A DNA stretch of 64,000 nucleotides from Proteromonas lacertae (taxonomy: Eukaryota), in assembly GCA_002245135.1 (NCBI GenBank), contig NGBS01000873.1, forward strand, positions 310,001 through 374,000. Reading direction: 5' to 3'. The notes beneath the pieces were generated by a model. That model had not been told where the DNA came from. It saw only the letters and a program-made list of their open reading frames with translations, and did no database searches. Both the position numbers and the translations under genes were made by a program. Positions within the stretch are counted from its first letter, which is position 1; the number at the start of each line of letters is the position of its first letter. Positions 22,580 through 35,029 of this stretch are shown one piece after another.

Positions 22580-25500
22580 ATGGAATCATCAGTTGAATCA
22601 CAGTTTGAAGAGCTGATGGCCAATCCTGATACTATTGAATCAGAATCAGATGCAAATAAAAGAATTGTAAATTTAAATAGTCTCATAGAATAACCAGATT
22701 TATGTTTTTGATAAACAACAAAACAACTATTGTTCAAATGCAATTCATACCAGTCGTTACACATTATACTCCTTCTTACCCATCTTCTTATTTACAGATT
22801 TAAATCCTTTTAATAAATTTGCCAATTTTTATTTCTTGTTGGTGTGTATTTTTCAAATGATCCCTGCTTTTACGTATTTATATATATATGTTATTCCTTT
22901 TAGCATTACAGATGGTATGCCAACTTCAATAATGGGTTTACTGTTTATGTTATTTTTTGATGGAATTACAGCTGCTTATGAAGATTATAGACGTCATAAA
23001 TCAGACAATATTATAAACAGTCGTCCAATAGAAATATTAACCAAAAATACATCAAGCAACACACTTACATTCGAGCAGGGTGAATGGAAGAATTTACATG
23101 TATTATTAATAATGATATTTTTTTATTTTTTTCAATAGGTTGGAGATATAATATTACTTCACAATGGAGAAATTGTCCCTTCAGATATCTTAATATTACA
23201 CAGTGAATGCAATGGTACAAGAAAAGGCATTTGTTACAGTAATACCAGTAATATTGATGGAGAAACAGATTTGAAGATAAGAAAAGCGATTAATATGAGT
23301 AGAAATGTATTTGATAATGAAGGTAATGAAATAAATGAAGAATATTTAAAAGAATTAGTAATAAATTGTGAAAAACCAAATGGAATAACCAGTGAATTTT
23401 ATGGTCGAATAAGCCATATAAATGATATAACAGTAAATGAATGTTTAACAATAGAAAATATATTATTAAGAGGAACTACTGTTCAAAATACAGATATTGT
23501 GATTGGATGTGTATTATTCAGTGGAAAAGAAACAAAAAGTGAATTTTGTTCAGATAAACATTACTCTGAAAAAGTATAATATTATATATAAATATATATA
23601 TATTTCTTCTCTTTTTTAATACACTATAAATGTAGATTTCATCAATTAATAACATTATAAATGCTCATATTATTATATTAGCTTTATTAGTATTAATATC
23701 CTGTGCATTTTCAGCTTTATATCACGTTGGTTGGGATTATAAAATTGGTGAAGATTCTGGTTATTTGATACTGGGAGAATACAAATTTATGGAATTTTTA
23801 AAGACATTTTTCAGATACTTTTTAATGAATTATCAATTGATTCCTGCTTCATTATTTGTATGTTTAAATTTAGCGTATGTCTATTAGTTACCATTGTTAT
23901 TATTATGTTTATAGATATACATTTCATCGTATTTATATGATTCATGATCCTTTACTATATGATGTTGAAAATGAACAACCAATGCAAGTAAAATCAATGA
24001 AATTAAGTGATAGATTTGGTCAAGTAACTCATATATTTAGTGATAAAACAGGAACAATAACAGAGAATGTAATGAATGTCAAAGGAATATATTGTGATGG
24101 ATATGAATATTTGAAAGAAAATTTTGAAATTGTTGAAATAGAAAAAGAGAAAGAATGTGAAAGTGAATATGAATGTGAATCTGATATTTCTAAACCAATA
24201 TTTTCAAGTGATAAATCACTATTAAGATCAACAGATAAAACAAAATCATTGTCTTTATCTTCACCATCACCAATATCAGATTCATTTGATATAAACACAG
24301 AAAGTAAAAAGACAAGATCTGATACAATGGGAAGAACAACATTCCATAATTATAGTCGTTACATTTCATTAACCAATAGTGTTGAAAGAATAGACACAAG
24401 ATTTTCACAAATATATGATTATCATCAATCCACAATTTCAAATTATTTAACTAATTATAATGGGAATGAAGTATTTGATTTGTTTTTATTGAATATGTCT
24501 GTAAATCATTCAGTATTTTATTATTTTATTATTTTGAAAATAGGTTCAAATAGATTATGATGACGAAAATGATATTGAAAGATTGAGTGCTTCAAGCCAA
24601 GATGAACAAGCAATTGTGTCAGTATTAAAAAAGTTTGGCTTGACATTTTGTGAAAGAAATTATGAGAATAATACGATTACTATTAAACACAGAAATATAA
24701 ATAGAGTTGAAGTTATTAAGATATTAGATGTTATATCATTTACAAGTAAAAGAAAGAGAATGACAGTAATTGTTGAATTAGAAAATGGTAAAATATATCT
24801 TTGTTGTAAAGGATCAGATTCAACTGTTTTACCACTGTGTTTTAATCAGTATATATTATTATATTATATATTTTTAATTATTATAGAGAGAATTATAAAA
24901 TGGAAATAAATAGTCAAATTGATAAGTATACACTTCATGCATATAGAACATATCTTTTTATTATTATTATTATTTTGAGAAATATATTCGTTTCATTAAT
25001 ACAATGAACATTGGTATATGGTCATAAAGAATTAACACAAGAAGAATATGAAGATTGGAAAAAGAAATATGAAAATGTAAAAAACAACACAGAACAAATC
25101 GAATTAATGAAATGTAATTTATACAATGAAATTGAGGCATTAGAAAATGAAATAGAAAATCATTTAGAATTGAGTGGAGTTATTGGCTTAGAAGATCGTT
25201 TACAAGATGGAGTTGAAAATACAATTAAAAGATTATTAGAAGCTGGAATAAAGATGTGGTTAATCACAGGTGATAAAGGTGAAACTGCAAAAAATATTGC
25301 TGTATATTTGTCAATATAAATATATTATTAGATTGCTTCTGGTTTAGTAAATGAGCATGAAAGAATGATCAAATTAACAGAAGAATATTTGAGTGAAATG
25401 CTAAGAGGTACAAGAAAATGTAATAAACCATTAAGTAGTCTATCTGGTAATATCTTACAAGTAATTATAATATATTGATAATTGCTATTTAGGAAATTGA

Positions 25501-25704
25501 AAAAGTATTGAATGAAGGTGATACAGTCAATGGAAATGAAATGTTGGAGACATTAGAAGAAATATACAGTAGTTTACCGTTAATAAAAGAAATTATAAAA
25601 ACAGAATATGAAAGAATAGAAAATGAATTAGAAGAAGAAAGAGATGTGGAAGAAGAATTGGTTTTGATAATCGATGAAAAATGTATTGATTATGCTCTAT
25701 TAAC

Positions 25705-25742
<38 letters not shown>

Positions 25743-27053
25743 ATTACTGTTGTAGATGTTATAATGAATTCATAAAAGTTTGTAAGAAATGTAAAGCAGT
25801 AATAGCCTGTAGAACACGTAAAGATCAAAAAGGAAAATTGGTAAAATTAATGACAAAAGCTTTGAATAATAGCACAACATTGGCAATAGGAGATGGTGCA
25901 AATGATGTTGAAATGATAAAAGCAGCTGATTTGGGAGTTGGAATAATTGGAAAAGAAGGAAATCAAGCTGGAAATAATAGTGATGTAGCTATTAGTAAAT
26001 TTAAAATGTTATTACCTTTGCTATTGGTGGATGGTCATAATAATTATTATAGAATTTCTAAATTAATATATTTTCAATTATATAAGAATATTCTATTAAC
26101 ATTTTGTCAATACTTCTATTCGTTTTATGCTGGATTTAGTGGACAGAAAGTATATCCTGAATTTGGTTTTCAGTTATTTAACATAATGTATTATATATAT
26201 ATGTATATATATATATATAGTTATTCATCTATACCAATATTCATTGTTAGTATTGCAGAAGAACATTTTGATACTGATTATTTACTGAAATATCCTATAC
26301 TATATAAACCGTACATATATATTCATATTAATATAATAAAACTATAGTGGTCAAAGGAAGAAATATTATAATCACAAATTATTCTTTGGTTTATTATTCA
26401 ACTCAATTTATCACTGTATTTTATGTGTCTTTATTCCAATATTGTTTTTTGAAAATACAAGTGATTTAAATCACAATGGTTCCATATTATTATGGGATTT
26501 AGGATGTGTAATTTTCACATTAATTACACTTGTAACAAATTTGAAAATGATATTTATAATTAATAAAATTACAAGATTAATTATGTTTTTAACAATATTT
26601 AGTGATGTTTTATGGATTTTTACTATATTTTGTATATCAATGTTTAAGAATCCATTATTTGAAGATGGAGCTTTATATATGGTATTATACAGATTGGTTG
26701 TAACACCTGTATATATATATATATATAATATTTCTAGTCATTCTGGTTATCTATACTGATGTGTATGTACTTGTGTTTATTTATCGAATTATTGATTAAA
26801 ATCGTGAAGAAAGAATTCTTTCCGAAAATAGATTATTATTTCAAAGTAAAGTTAATATAATGTTATCTTTAATTAATAGGAATTTCAAAAGAGACATTTA
26901 TATCCTGATCTTCATCATAGAAATTCAAATTCACATTCTTCAATAGATAATAATCAATCTGAGTTAAGTGATAGTGGTGATTCTGTTGTTTTAGATAATG
27001 TTAATTATGAAGATGAAACAAAAATTGATTTAGAAATAAATTCATTAATATAA
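22580..27053 (+). CDS. P4-type ATPase (phospholipid flippase), many introns
   Basis: [41 protein letters not shown] (phospho-Asp), [49 protein letters not shown] and [15 protein letters not shown] at 27051-27053. Confidence 0.95.
24950..25009 (+). other. AT-AC (U12-type, minor spliceosome) intron, 60 nt
   Basis: It begins ATATCTTTTT, has TTTCATTAAT 9-19 nt from the end, and ends AAC. Removing it restores [11 protein letters not shown]; unspliced, the frame hits TGA. Confidence 0.8.
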
Positions 27054-27533
27054 TATCTAATTTCTTTATAAATCTATTGTTTGTGTATGCATTAAATGTA
27101 TAATATATACACAATATTCATGACTTAACTCTCCAAATTGTTCCCACTATCGAGAAAAAGAAAATATGTTATTTTAATTATCAAACCATTAGTCAAGCCT
27201 CTATTTTATGTTCTTTATTTAACAACCTTTCGAGAAATATAAAACACAATGAAATTATCTTATCAATTATATTTTATGTTTCAAAGCATCTTTTAATAAT
27301 AACAAATACTATAAAAAAACAGAATATAACACTTAATAATCCTTTATCTTATTTCAAACTAAATATCTTATCATGAATATCTCAACAATTAATTCATATT
27401 TTCTGTGAAGAAATACAAATCCAATAAACTGAAACGGATTTATAGAATATTCTATTTTCTATTTTATATCTTTGCTATTTTCTCTCCAAATGTAAGGATT
27501 TTACTTCTTATTTTTTTATTAACTAGTCACACA

Positions 27534-28783
27534 ATGTCAGCTGCAAGAAAACAATACATTGCTCACGTTAACGAACAAATTAAAGGTATCAAAGAAGCTG
27601 GAACCTACAAGACAGAAGTATACACAACTTTATTATACAATATATTTTTATTATAATAGCGTACAATCACAACTAAACAAGCTGCTGCCATTAAAGTAGC
27701 TGAAAAGAATGGTGAAGTGTTGAACTTCTGCGCTAACAACTATTTAGGTTTAGCTGATAATAAAGAACTTATTGAAGCCGCAAAAAAGACATTAGATGAA
27801 CATGGATTTGGATTAGCTTCAGTCCGTTTTCATTTGTGGTACAACTGATATTCACAAGAAATTAGAAGCATCAATTGCTGATTTCCATCACAAAGAAGAT
27901 GCTATTTTATATTCAAGCTGTTTTGATGCTAATGGAGGTTTATTCGGTGCTTTATTAACTGATCAAGATGCAATCATCTCCGATGCATTAAACCATGCCT
28001 CAATCATTGATGGTGTTAGATTATGTAAAGCTAAAAGATATCGATATGCTCACAGTGATATGAAGGAATTAGAAGCAACACTTAAAAGACTCACAATCAT
28101 GCAGATTCAGAATGATTGCTACTGATGGTGTATTCTCAATGGATGGTGATACAGCCAAATTAGTCGAAATCTGTGATTTAGCTGATAAATATAACGCTTT
28201 AGTATTTGTAGATGAATCACATGCCACTGGTTTCTTAGGACCAACAGGTAGAGGTACTCCCGAATTAAAAGGCTGTATGGATCGTGTAGATATAATTAAC
28301 TCTACATTAGGCAAAGGTTTAGGTGGTGCTTCAGGAGGTTACACAACTGGACCAAAGGAAATCATTGAATTATTGAGACAGACATCCAGACCATACTTAT
28401 TCTCAAACACATTAGCTCCACCAATTGTTGGTGCTACTATTAGAATGTTTGAAATGTTGAAAGCTGATTCAAGTTTACCAAAGAAAGTGTTGGAAAATAC
28501 AAAGCACTTCAGAGAAAGAATGTTAAAAGCTGGATTTAACTTACATGGTGAAGATGGTGTTCCAATTGCACCAGTGATGATTGGTGATGCTGCTTTATCT
28601 GTTAAAATGGCTGATAAAATGTTAGAAAGAGGTATTTATGTTATTGGATTCAATTATCCAGTTGTACCAAAAGGTGAAGCTAGAATTAGAGTACAATTAA
28701 GTGCTGCTCACAGTATTCAACAAATTGATAAGTGTGTTGATGCTTTCATTGAAGTAGGAAAAGAATTAGGAATAATTCATTAA
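27534..28783 (+). CDS. GCAT: 2-amino-3-ketobutyrate CoA ligase / glycine C-acetyltransferase (apparent +1 T at about 27830)
   Basis: [14 protein letters not shown](F)[51 protein letters not shown] (PLP lysine), RPYLFSN and [10 protein letters not shown]. Confidence 0.95.
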
Positions 28784-28871
28784 ATAATACAAAGAGAAAA
28801 TAATAAATGAAATTGCTTATTAAAAATGTTTATTTTTTTTAGTTATAAATACATTAAAATTAAAATCTAAT

Positions 28872-30185
28872 TTACCAGTTTGAGAGAGTTGTAGGTGATT
28901 TTGGAGTTTCTTTAGTCCCTGATACGAACGAATGAAATGGACTTATACAACCATTCTGTCTATCTGTTGGTAAGAATGGAATCGTATAGTTTGACTTCTT
29001 CCAGTGTTCTATTTGTCTATTAGTCAAATAATTAGGGTATTGTGAATGTAAATTCTCTAATCTAAATGTTAATTCACTTTTCTATTGGACTACACATACC
29101 ATCAGTTGATCTCGGTGTTGAATTATTAGAATCTGAATTCTGTGGGATTGTAGTAGGTAACAGTGATGTAGATGAGTTTATATTGTGTAAAGAACAGTCC
29201 GAAATATGTTGATTATCATTATGTACATTCAACGAACAAATTGGACAATTCTCACCCTTTTTCTTAAAATACTATATTTATCATAATAACAATATATTAT
29301 ATACTCGTTCAATACACTTTCTACAATACCTATGTCCACAGAATAACACTGTAGTCTCTTGATCAATAAAATCTTCTAAACAAATAGGGCAAGAAATACA
29401 ATTTCCTTGCGTTCCTGAACTGTTTAATCTTCTCAACATATTATGTTCTTTTTCTCTCCTAATTTGCTCAATTGACTGTAGTATTGTAGTAAACCTATTT
29501 TTCTGTTGATACTTATATCTTCCTATAATAACAAACACTCCAATGATTATAGCAATTAACAGGAGGAATAAAAATGCACTATAGGAAGAATCAGTGTCAG
29601 TTGTTCCTACAGAGATAATACTATGAACACCTTTCAAAAATGCACTTATTGCATCATTATATTGATTATTGGCCAAGTATGGTTTCATTATTTGGATTAA
29701 TTCAGGTATATGTGCTGTAGTGATAGTATTCTTTAAATCTCTCCCTGTAACAATGTACAATTTCTTTTGGTCTACTGATATAGCGAGAAATAAACCATTT
29801 TGACAATCTTGATAACCCACTTCCCAACGATCATACAGAATAGTTGCCATTTCTTTGATGTTAATCCCATTATCTATATTATTCATGATCGCTATTGCTA
29901 TTTGTACACCGATAATATTCGGACAACTCACATAATATTGATTTTTCATCTGATCTATAACTCTATTATTCCTAGAAACGTATATTTAATTAATATATTA
30001 TACTCCATAATTTCTTCATTGGTTAGATATTTATTTGGATCACAGATTGAAGCACTTTCTACTAAAGACTTATAATCACCGCACATTTCTGGAGTTTTGT
30101 ATGGATTAGGAAAATCTTCTGGAACCCAAGCTCCTGATATCAGATGAATCGTATAACACCACAAAAACAAAAAAATAAAATTCAT
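28872..30185 (-). CDS. Signal peptide-TPM(DUF477)-TM-RING finger protein (apparent +1 A at about 29080)
   Basis: MNFIFLFLW..., FPNP..TPEMCG...ICDPNKYL, WEVGYQDCQNGLFLAIS, then a TM segment and CPICLEDF...LFCGHRYCRKCI...CPIC. The tail reads ELTFRLENLHSQYPNY...SNW*. Confidence 0.8.
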
Positions 30186-30322
30186 TTTGATTTTTTGATT
30201 TTTTGACCGTTTTGTCACTTCATTTTCCATTTTTTTTTTTAATCAACAACAAAACCATTTATAGTAATTCATAATAATTAAAATAAAATGTATGAATAAG
30301 TATGAATTGTAATAAACTATTC

Positions 30323-31940
30323 TCAAGTTTGAGATTGTTGTTGTTGTTGTTCAGTATTGGCAGTAGTAGTATTACCAACTATATTTACAGATTGGTTTAG
30401 AACCTTGGTATTATTATTATTATTATTGTTATCAACATTACCAGTTGTAGCTGGTTTATTAATCGTCATAATCGGTTGTATTACAGGAACTGGTATTATT
30501 GGAGTTGTTATTGTATTATTATTCGTCCCAACAGTAGTATTAGTTGATGATAATGTCATATCCTGTTGTTGTGGAGGTTGTTGTTGTTGTAAAGGTGGAG
30601 GTGAAACAGGTTGGTTCAGATGAATGAGGTGATCCATCATTAGAACTACATTCAATCTCCATTTTACTTGCATTGGATGATATTATACTAGTAGCAGAAA
30701 TGACAGGTATATCTAAATCTTCATGTTTTTGAACTTTAGGGTAGATTTCATTAAATACATAATCTAATGCTTCTTTAGCATGTTCTTTACCAACTGCTAC
30801 GAATTCATCACTTATCATTTTTAATAACTCTTCAACATTTTTCCCACTGATTTTGGGTAAATAATCTGTCTTAAATATTTCATATATTTTCTCAACAGGT
30901 GATAATACACAACTACCTGGAGGAATTCCTAAGATTTTATCACTCTCACGAATAATTGATTTTAACTTATCAATCAATACTGATCTTTCTGAATCAATTA
31001 AATATAAGCAATTATTAATTTTAAAATCACCTGTGAAGGAGTGAATATAACTATCGAATATATCAGCTTCAGAATTTGAACCAACAAATATTTCAGGATA
31101 ACATCCAGCAGAGGTGATTGCTAAACACATATGGAACTGTATGGATATACATTTGGTGAATTCTACACCTGGTTTGTTATTAGTTTTCCAACCATCACCT
31201 TTTACATCACTAATTTGCCATTCACACTCATCTATCCATACTGGAACATATTGAGCAGATAATGCTGCATAATCACTTATATATTGTACACGTGTATGCT
31301 TTATATACTCATTATTTGATATATTGGAAACTGGATTAATCTTCTTAAATGTTATTCTTGGTATACCCCATTTTTCAAATCCTCCATTATGGATAAAACG
31401 GTATACTGTTGATAAAGAAGGTTTGTATGTTACTCCATTCTTTCCTTTAATTGGAAGTAATTTGGAATACATTTCTCGAAGATTGGTTTTGCTGTTGTTT
31501 TGGATCATCTCGTATAATTGAATGGCATGTTCTTTGTTTAATAACCTCTTTCTACCTCTTTGATACTCTATCTTGTCGATTGTTTTGTTTCTCTTAAGCT
31601 TCATCAAGAGGTTTCTACAGTTACCAATCCTTATGCCTGTTCTTGAAGAATATTCGATTGGACTCCAATCATCATGGTGAGTTGCATAATAGTTCTTTAA
31701 CAAGTCTATTTGAGATTGTGTTACAGCAAAGTAATTTCTTTTCTGTTGCTTGATTGCAGATGCTGCTGAAGATAAATTCGAAAGAGGAGCACCAATTCTG
31801 ACTAATTCTTCATCTTGAGAAGCCATTTGTGTTGAGGGTATGTTTGAGGGTGATTGTTGCGTTTTTTCAAAGTTAGTTGATGGTGCTGGTGGCACACTTA
31901 TAGGTATGGCGGTATTACTATCAATTGGTGCAAGTGACAT
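30323..31940 (-). CDS. IS630/Tc1-mariner-like DDE transposase-derived protein, probably domesticated (apparent +1 at about 30612)
   Basis: HTH region with RGRKRLL, PSLSTVYRFI and ITFKKI, then VWIDECEW, LYLIDS and IPPGSCVLSPVEKIY (compare LPPYSPDLNPIE). P/S/Q-rich N-terminus and Q/N/T-rich C-terminus. No TIRs seen. Confidence 0.75.
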
Positions 31941-32104
31941 AGTGTTTATATTCCAATCAAATGCTCACAAAATATCTGGTAAAAAATACACAACTGTTGT
32001 TATTTAGAATAGACAAATTAATAATCTATTTTGAAGATCAAAATAAATTTGAACCTCAAAAATGATTTTAACTCGACAGTCTCAAGCCATCATTTCAATT
32101 GAAG

Positions 32105-34034
32105 ATGCAAGTTCAGCGTTGTAGGTTTGTAGATTTTGTACCCATTGGTATTCAATCAATGTGTTTCTCTCCTGACAACAACTGGGTTGCTTTAGTTAGG
32201 AAAAATAGTGATATCGAGATTTGGAATATTCACGATATGTTCTTTTGTGCATATGTATGGATATATTTTGTATTATTATATTGATTTAGAACTTGGCAAT
32301 GAGTGAAGACATACAGATCAGAACTTTATTATGGATTTCCTATGATAAAGATGAAACAATTCCTCCAAACACAATATCCCCCAAATGGCGTTTATTTTGT
32401 TCTGGTTTGAATGGAAAATTATTTGAAATTGACTTAGAAGACCTTACGATATCGAATATAACAGATTCATATGGTGGTGGTATTTGGTGTATGGATTATG
32501 ACAGTCACAGTGAAATGATAGCTCTTGGTTGTGAAGATGGAAGTATTAAGCTAATTGACGTAGCTGTTGGTAATCTAACATTTTTAAAATCATTCAACAA
32601 GACAGAGACAAGAATTATGAGTATAAAATGGTCAAAAGATGGTAGTACAATTTACAGTGGTAATTCAAACGGCATAATCAGATCTTGGAATACTAACTTA
32701 GGTAGAAGTGAAGTAATAATGTCAGTATATTATAATATATAATTTATTTAAAAATGAATAGATTGATAATAAGAAGAATGAGACAATAATTTGGGATATC
32801 GTCAGTGTTGAAGATGGTACACTTGATCACAGGTGATTCAAATGGCAATTTATTAGTGTGGGACAGTATTACAGGGACTTTATTATATTCAATTTATAAA
32901 TCCAGTGGAGATATCACTTGTTTATGTTTGAATGAGAGTGAAAATATGTTATTTGTAAGTGGTAGTGAAGGAAAAGTAATGTTATTCAATAAAAATGATA
33001 AAAAATGGATATATAGTTGTAATAAACGGAGTCATTATAATGATGTGAATTGTTTAATTTTGAATAAGAATTATTTAATAAGTGGAAGTAATGATAGTTT
33101 TTTAATATCATATAATATTCACAACTTTATTATGACACCTTATCATAAATATTATCAATTCAATAAAGATAAAAATTGCTGTATAAGTAGTGAAAAGAAC
33201 TTGATTTTATCAAAAGTATATATTTTATATATTTTATTATTTCTAATGAATATTAGATTAAGAATGATTTAAAGTTATATCACACTGCAATATTACCTAA
33301 AACAAAAGTAGAATGTATCTTAGAAATGAATTTACTATTAAATGGAAATATTAATCAATTTGAAATATCCCAAAATGGTAAATTTATAGTCGTTACAACT
33401 CGATTTGAGAATAAGCTTTATAAAGTCAATTATAATAACAAGAGTAATGAAAGTGATAATTCAATAGAGATAGAATCAATAGAATTACCCAATGAAATAA
33501 AGAATATGAATATGTATAGTGTGAAGTTCAATTCAACCAATGATTTGTTGATATTAGGAAGTGAGAATGGTAAAATATATATAATCAATTTGGATAAACC
33601 AAATAAGATAAAATATACACTAGAGAATGATGATAACTTACCAATAATGAATATATATGTATCTAATGATAGTCAATATTTATGTTGTAAAAGATATAAT
33701 GATAATAACCTATTGGTTTATGATTTAGATAGTAGTGAAATAACTCATCAAATACCATTAGGAGAGAATGTAATAACAAATTTGATATTTGATAATAAAG
33801 GAGAAAAGATAATCTATAGTACAACCAATAATGAAGTTTATATATATAATATAAATAAAGATGAGTTTAATAAATGGAGTAAGAATAATACAAATAAAAT
33901 AAGTGAAATATTGAGCAGTAGTAATTGTATTTTATATATAAATGAATTGAACAATAATAAATATCTACTTAGTGGAATTGATTATATTATGCTTATGGAT
34001 TTAGATAAAGATATAAGTAATGAAGATTTAGAAT

Positions 34035-34066
<32 letters not shown>

Positions 34067-34294
34067 CGAATAAAAAGAAGAAGAGATTCGTTTGCTCAAA
34101 AATCCAGTAAGAAAGGAGATAATACAATAGAATATAAGAACATAATGAATAATTATAGAAAATTTACAAAATATGGTGGAATATTAAATATAAGAAGTGA
34201 TAATGATGGTAATTTGATAATAGTTGAATGTGTATGGAATAATAGTTTGAAATACTTAGATGATGTGTTAGAAAGAAGTGAATTTGGAATTTAA
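32105..34294 (+). CDS. UTP4: U3 snoRNA-associated protein 4 (cirhin) WD40 protein
   Basis: MQVQRCRFVDFVP, DIEIWN, RLFCSGLNG, DSYGGGIWCM, ALGCEDG and RSHYNDV, with C-terminal LIIVECVW...LERSEFGI; three introns. Confidence 0.9.
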
Positions 34295-35029
34295 TTAATA
34301 TTCACATTTTTTTTAATTATGTAATGTTGTTATTATTGATTTGTTTATTTTTAGGGAAGAAGGTTTGATAAATCAAGTCTGATCAAGATATTAAGCAGGG
34401 TTGTATAAATTGATCTGCTATGGAGATCTGACTGAAACTATCGGTTTGGTTTTGACTTTCGGTCTGTCAAACATATCAAGATAAATGGATGTAATTCTAA
34501 ATCTATTTTTTTTATTCTTATATTTACTTATACGCAATAAGTCGTAATTTACTACTGTTTTTATGATCTATATTCTTCTAATTACTATGAAATTAAAACT
34601 AATATCAATCACCATATTCTTCTTATATTTTCACTTCTTAACAAATATTAATTGAAATCTCCTTTTATTATTCAATATAACCTGACATAGACAAATTTGA
34701 CTAAACACACCTCTATAAATGTTTTTAACATTATCAGAAGTTAAATTAAGTAGCATAGATAGTAATGATATCACAACAATTCACTCTAAATGATTGTAAG
34801 TGTGAAAATATAGAAATACAAGAAAATACAGTTTTATCAAGCCAAATGTTTTGTTTTTTTTCTTTTAAATTTTTAATATCATTCTAAACCATATATAAAA
34901 TATATAACGTAATAATATTACTCATTGGAAAGCATTAAATCAAATTACATGAATAGTAAAAAGTCATGCATAAATGTCACTGTCTGTCAGTGTAATTTTG
35001 AAAACTTACAACAGATAGGTTTTACTATT

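Noticed and set aside
27405..27533. N-terminal extension of GCAT suggested by the ORF track
   Set aside because: It starts at GTG and reads through pyrimidine-rich UTR and a probable intron, so it is not a credible presequence.
30186..32104. Active Tc1/mariner element with TIRs
   Set aside because: No inverted repeats were seen in the short flanks, and the ORF has host-like low-complexity extensions.
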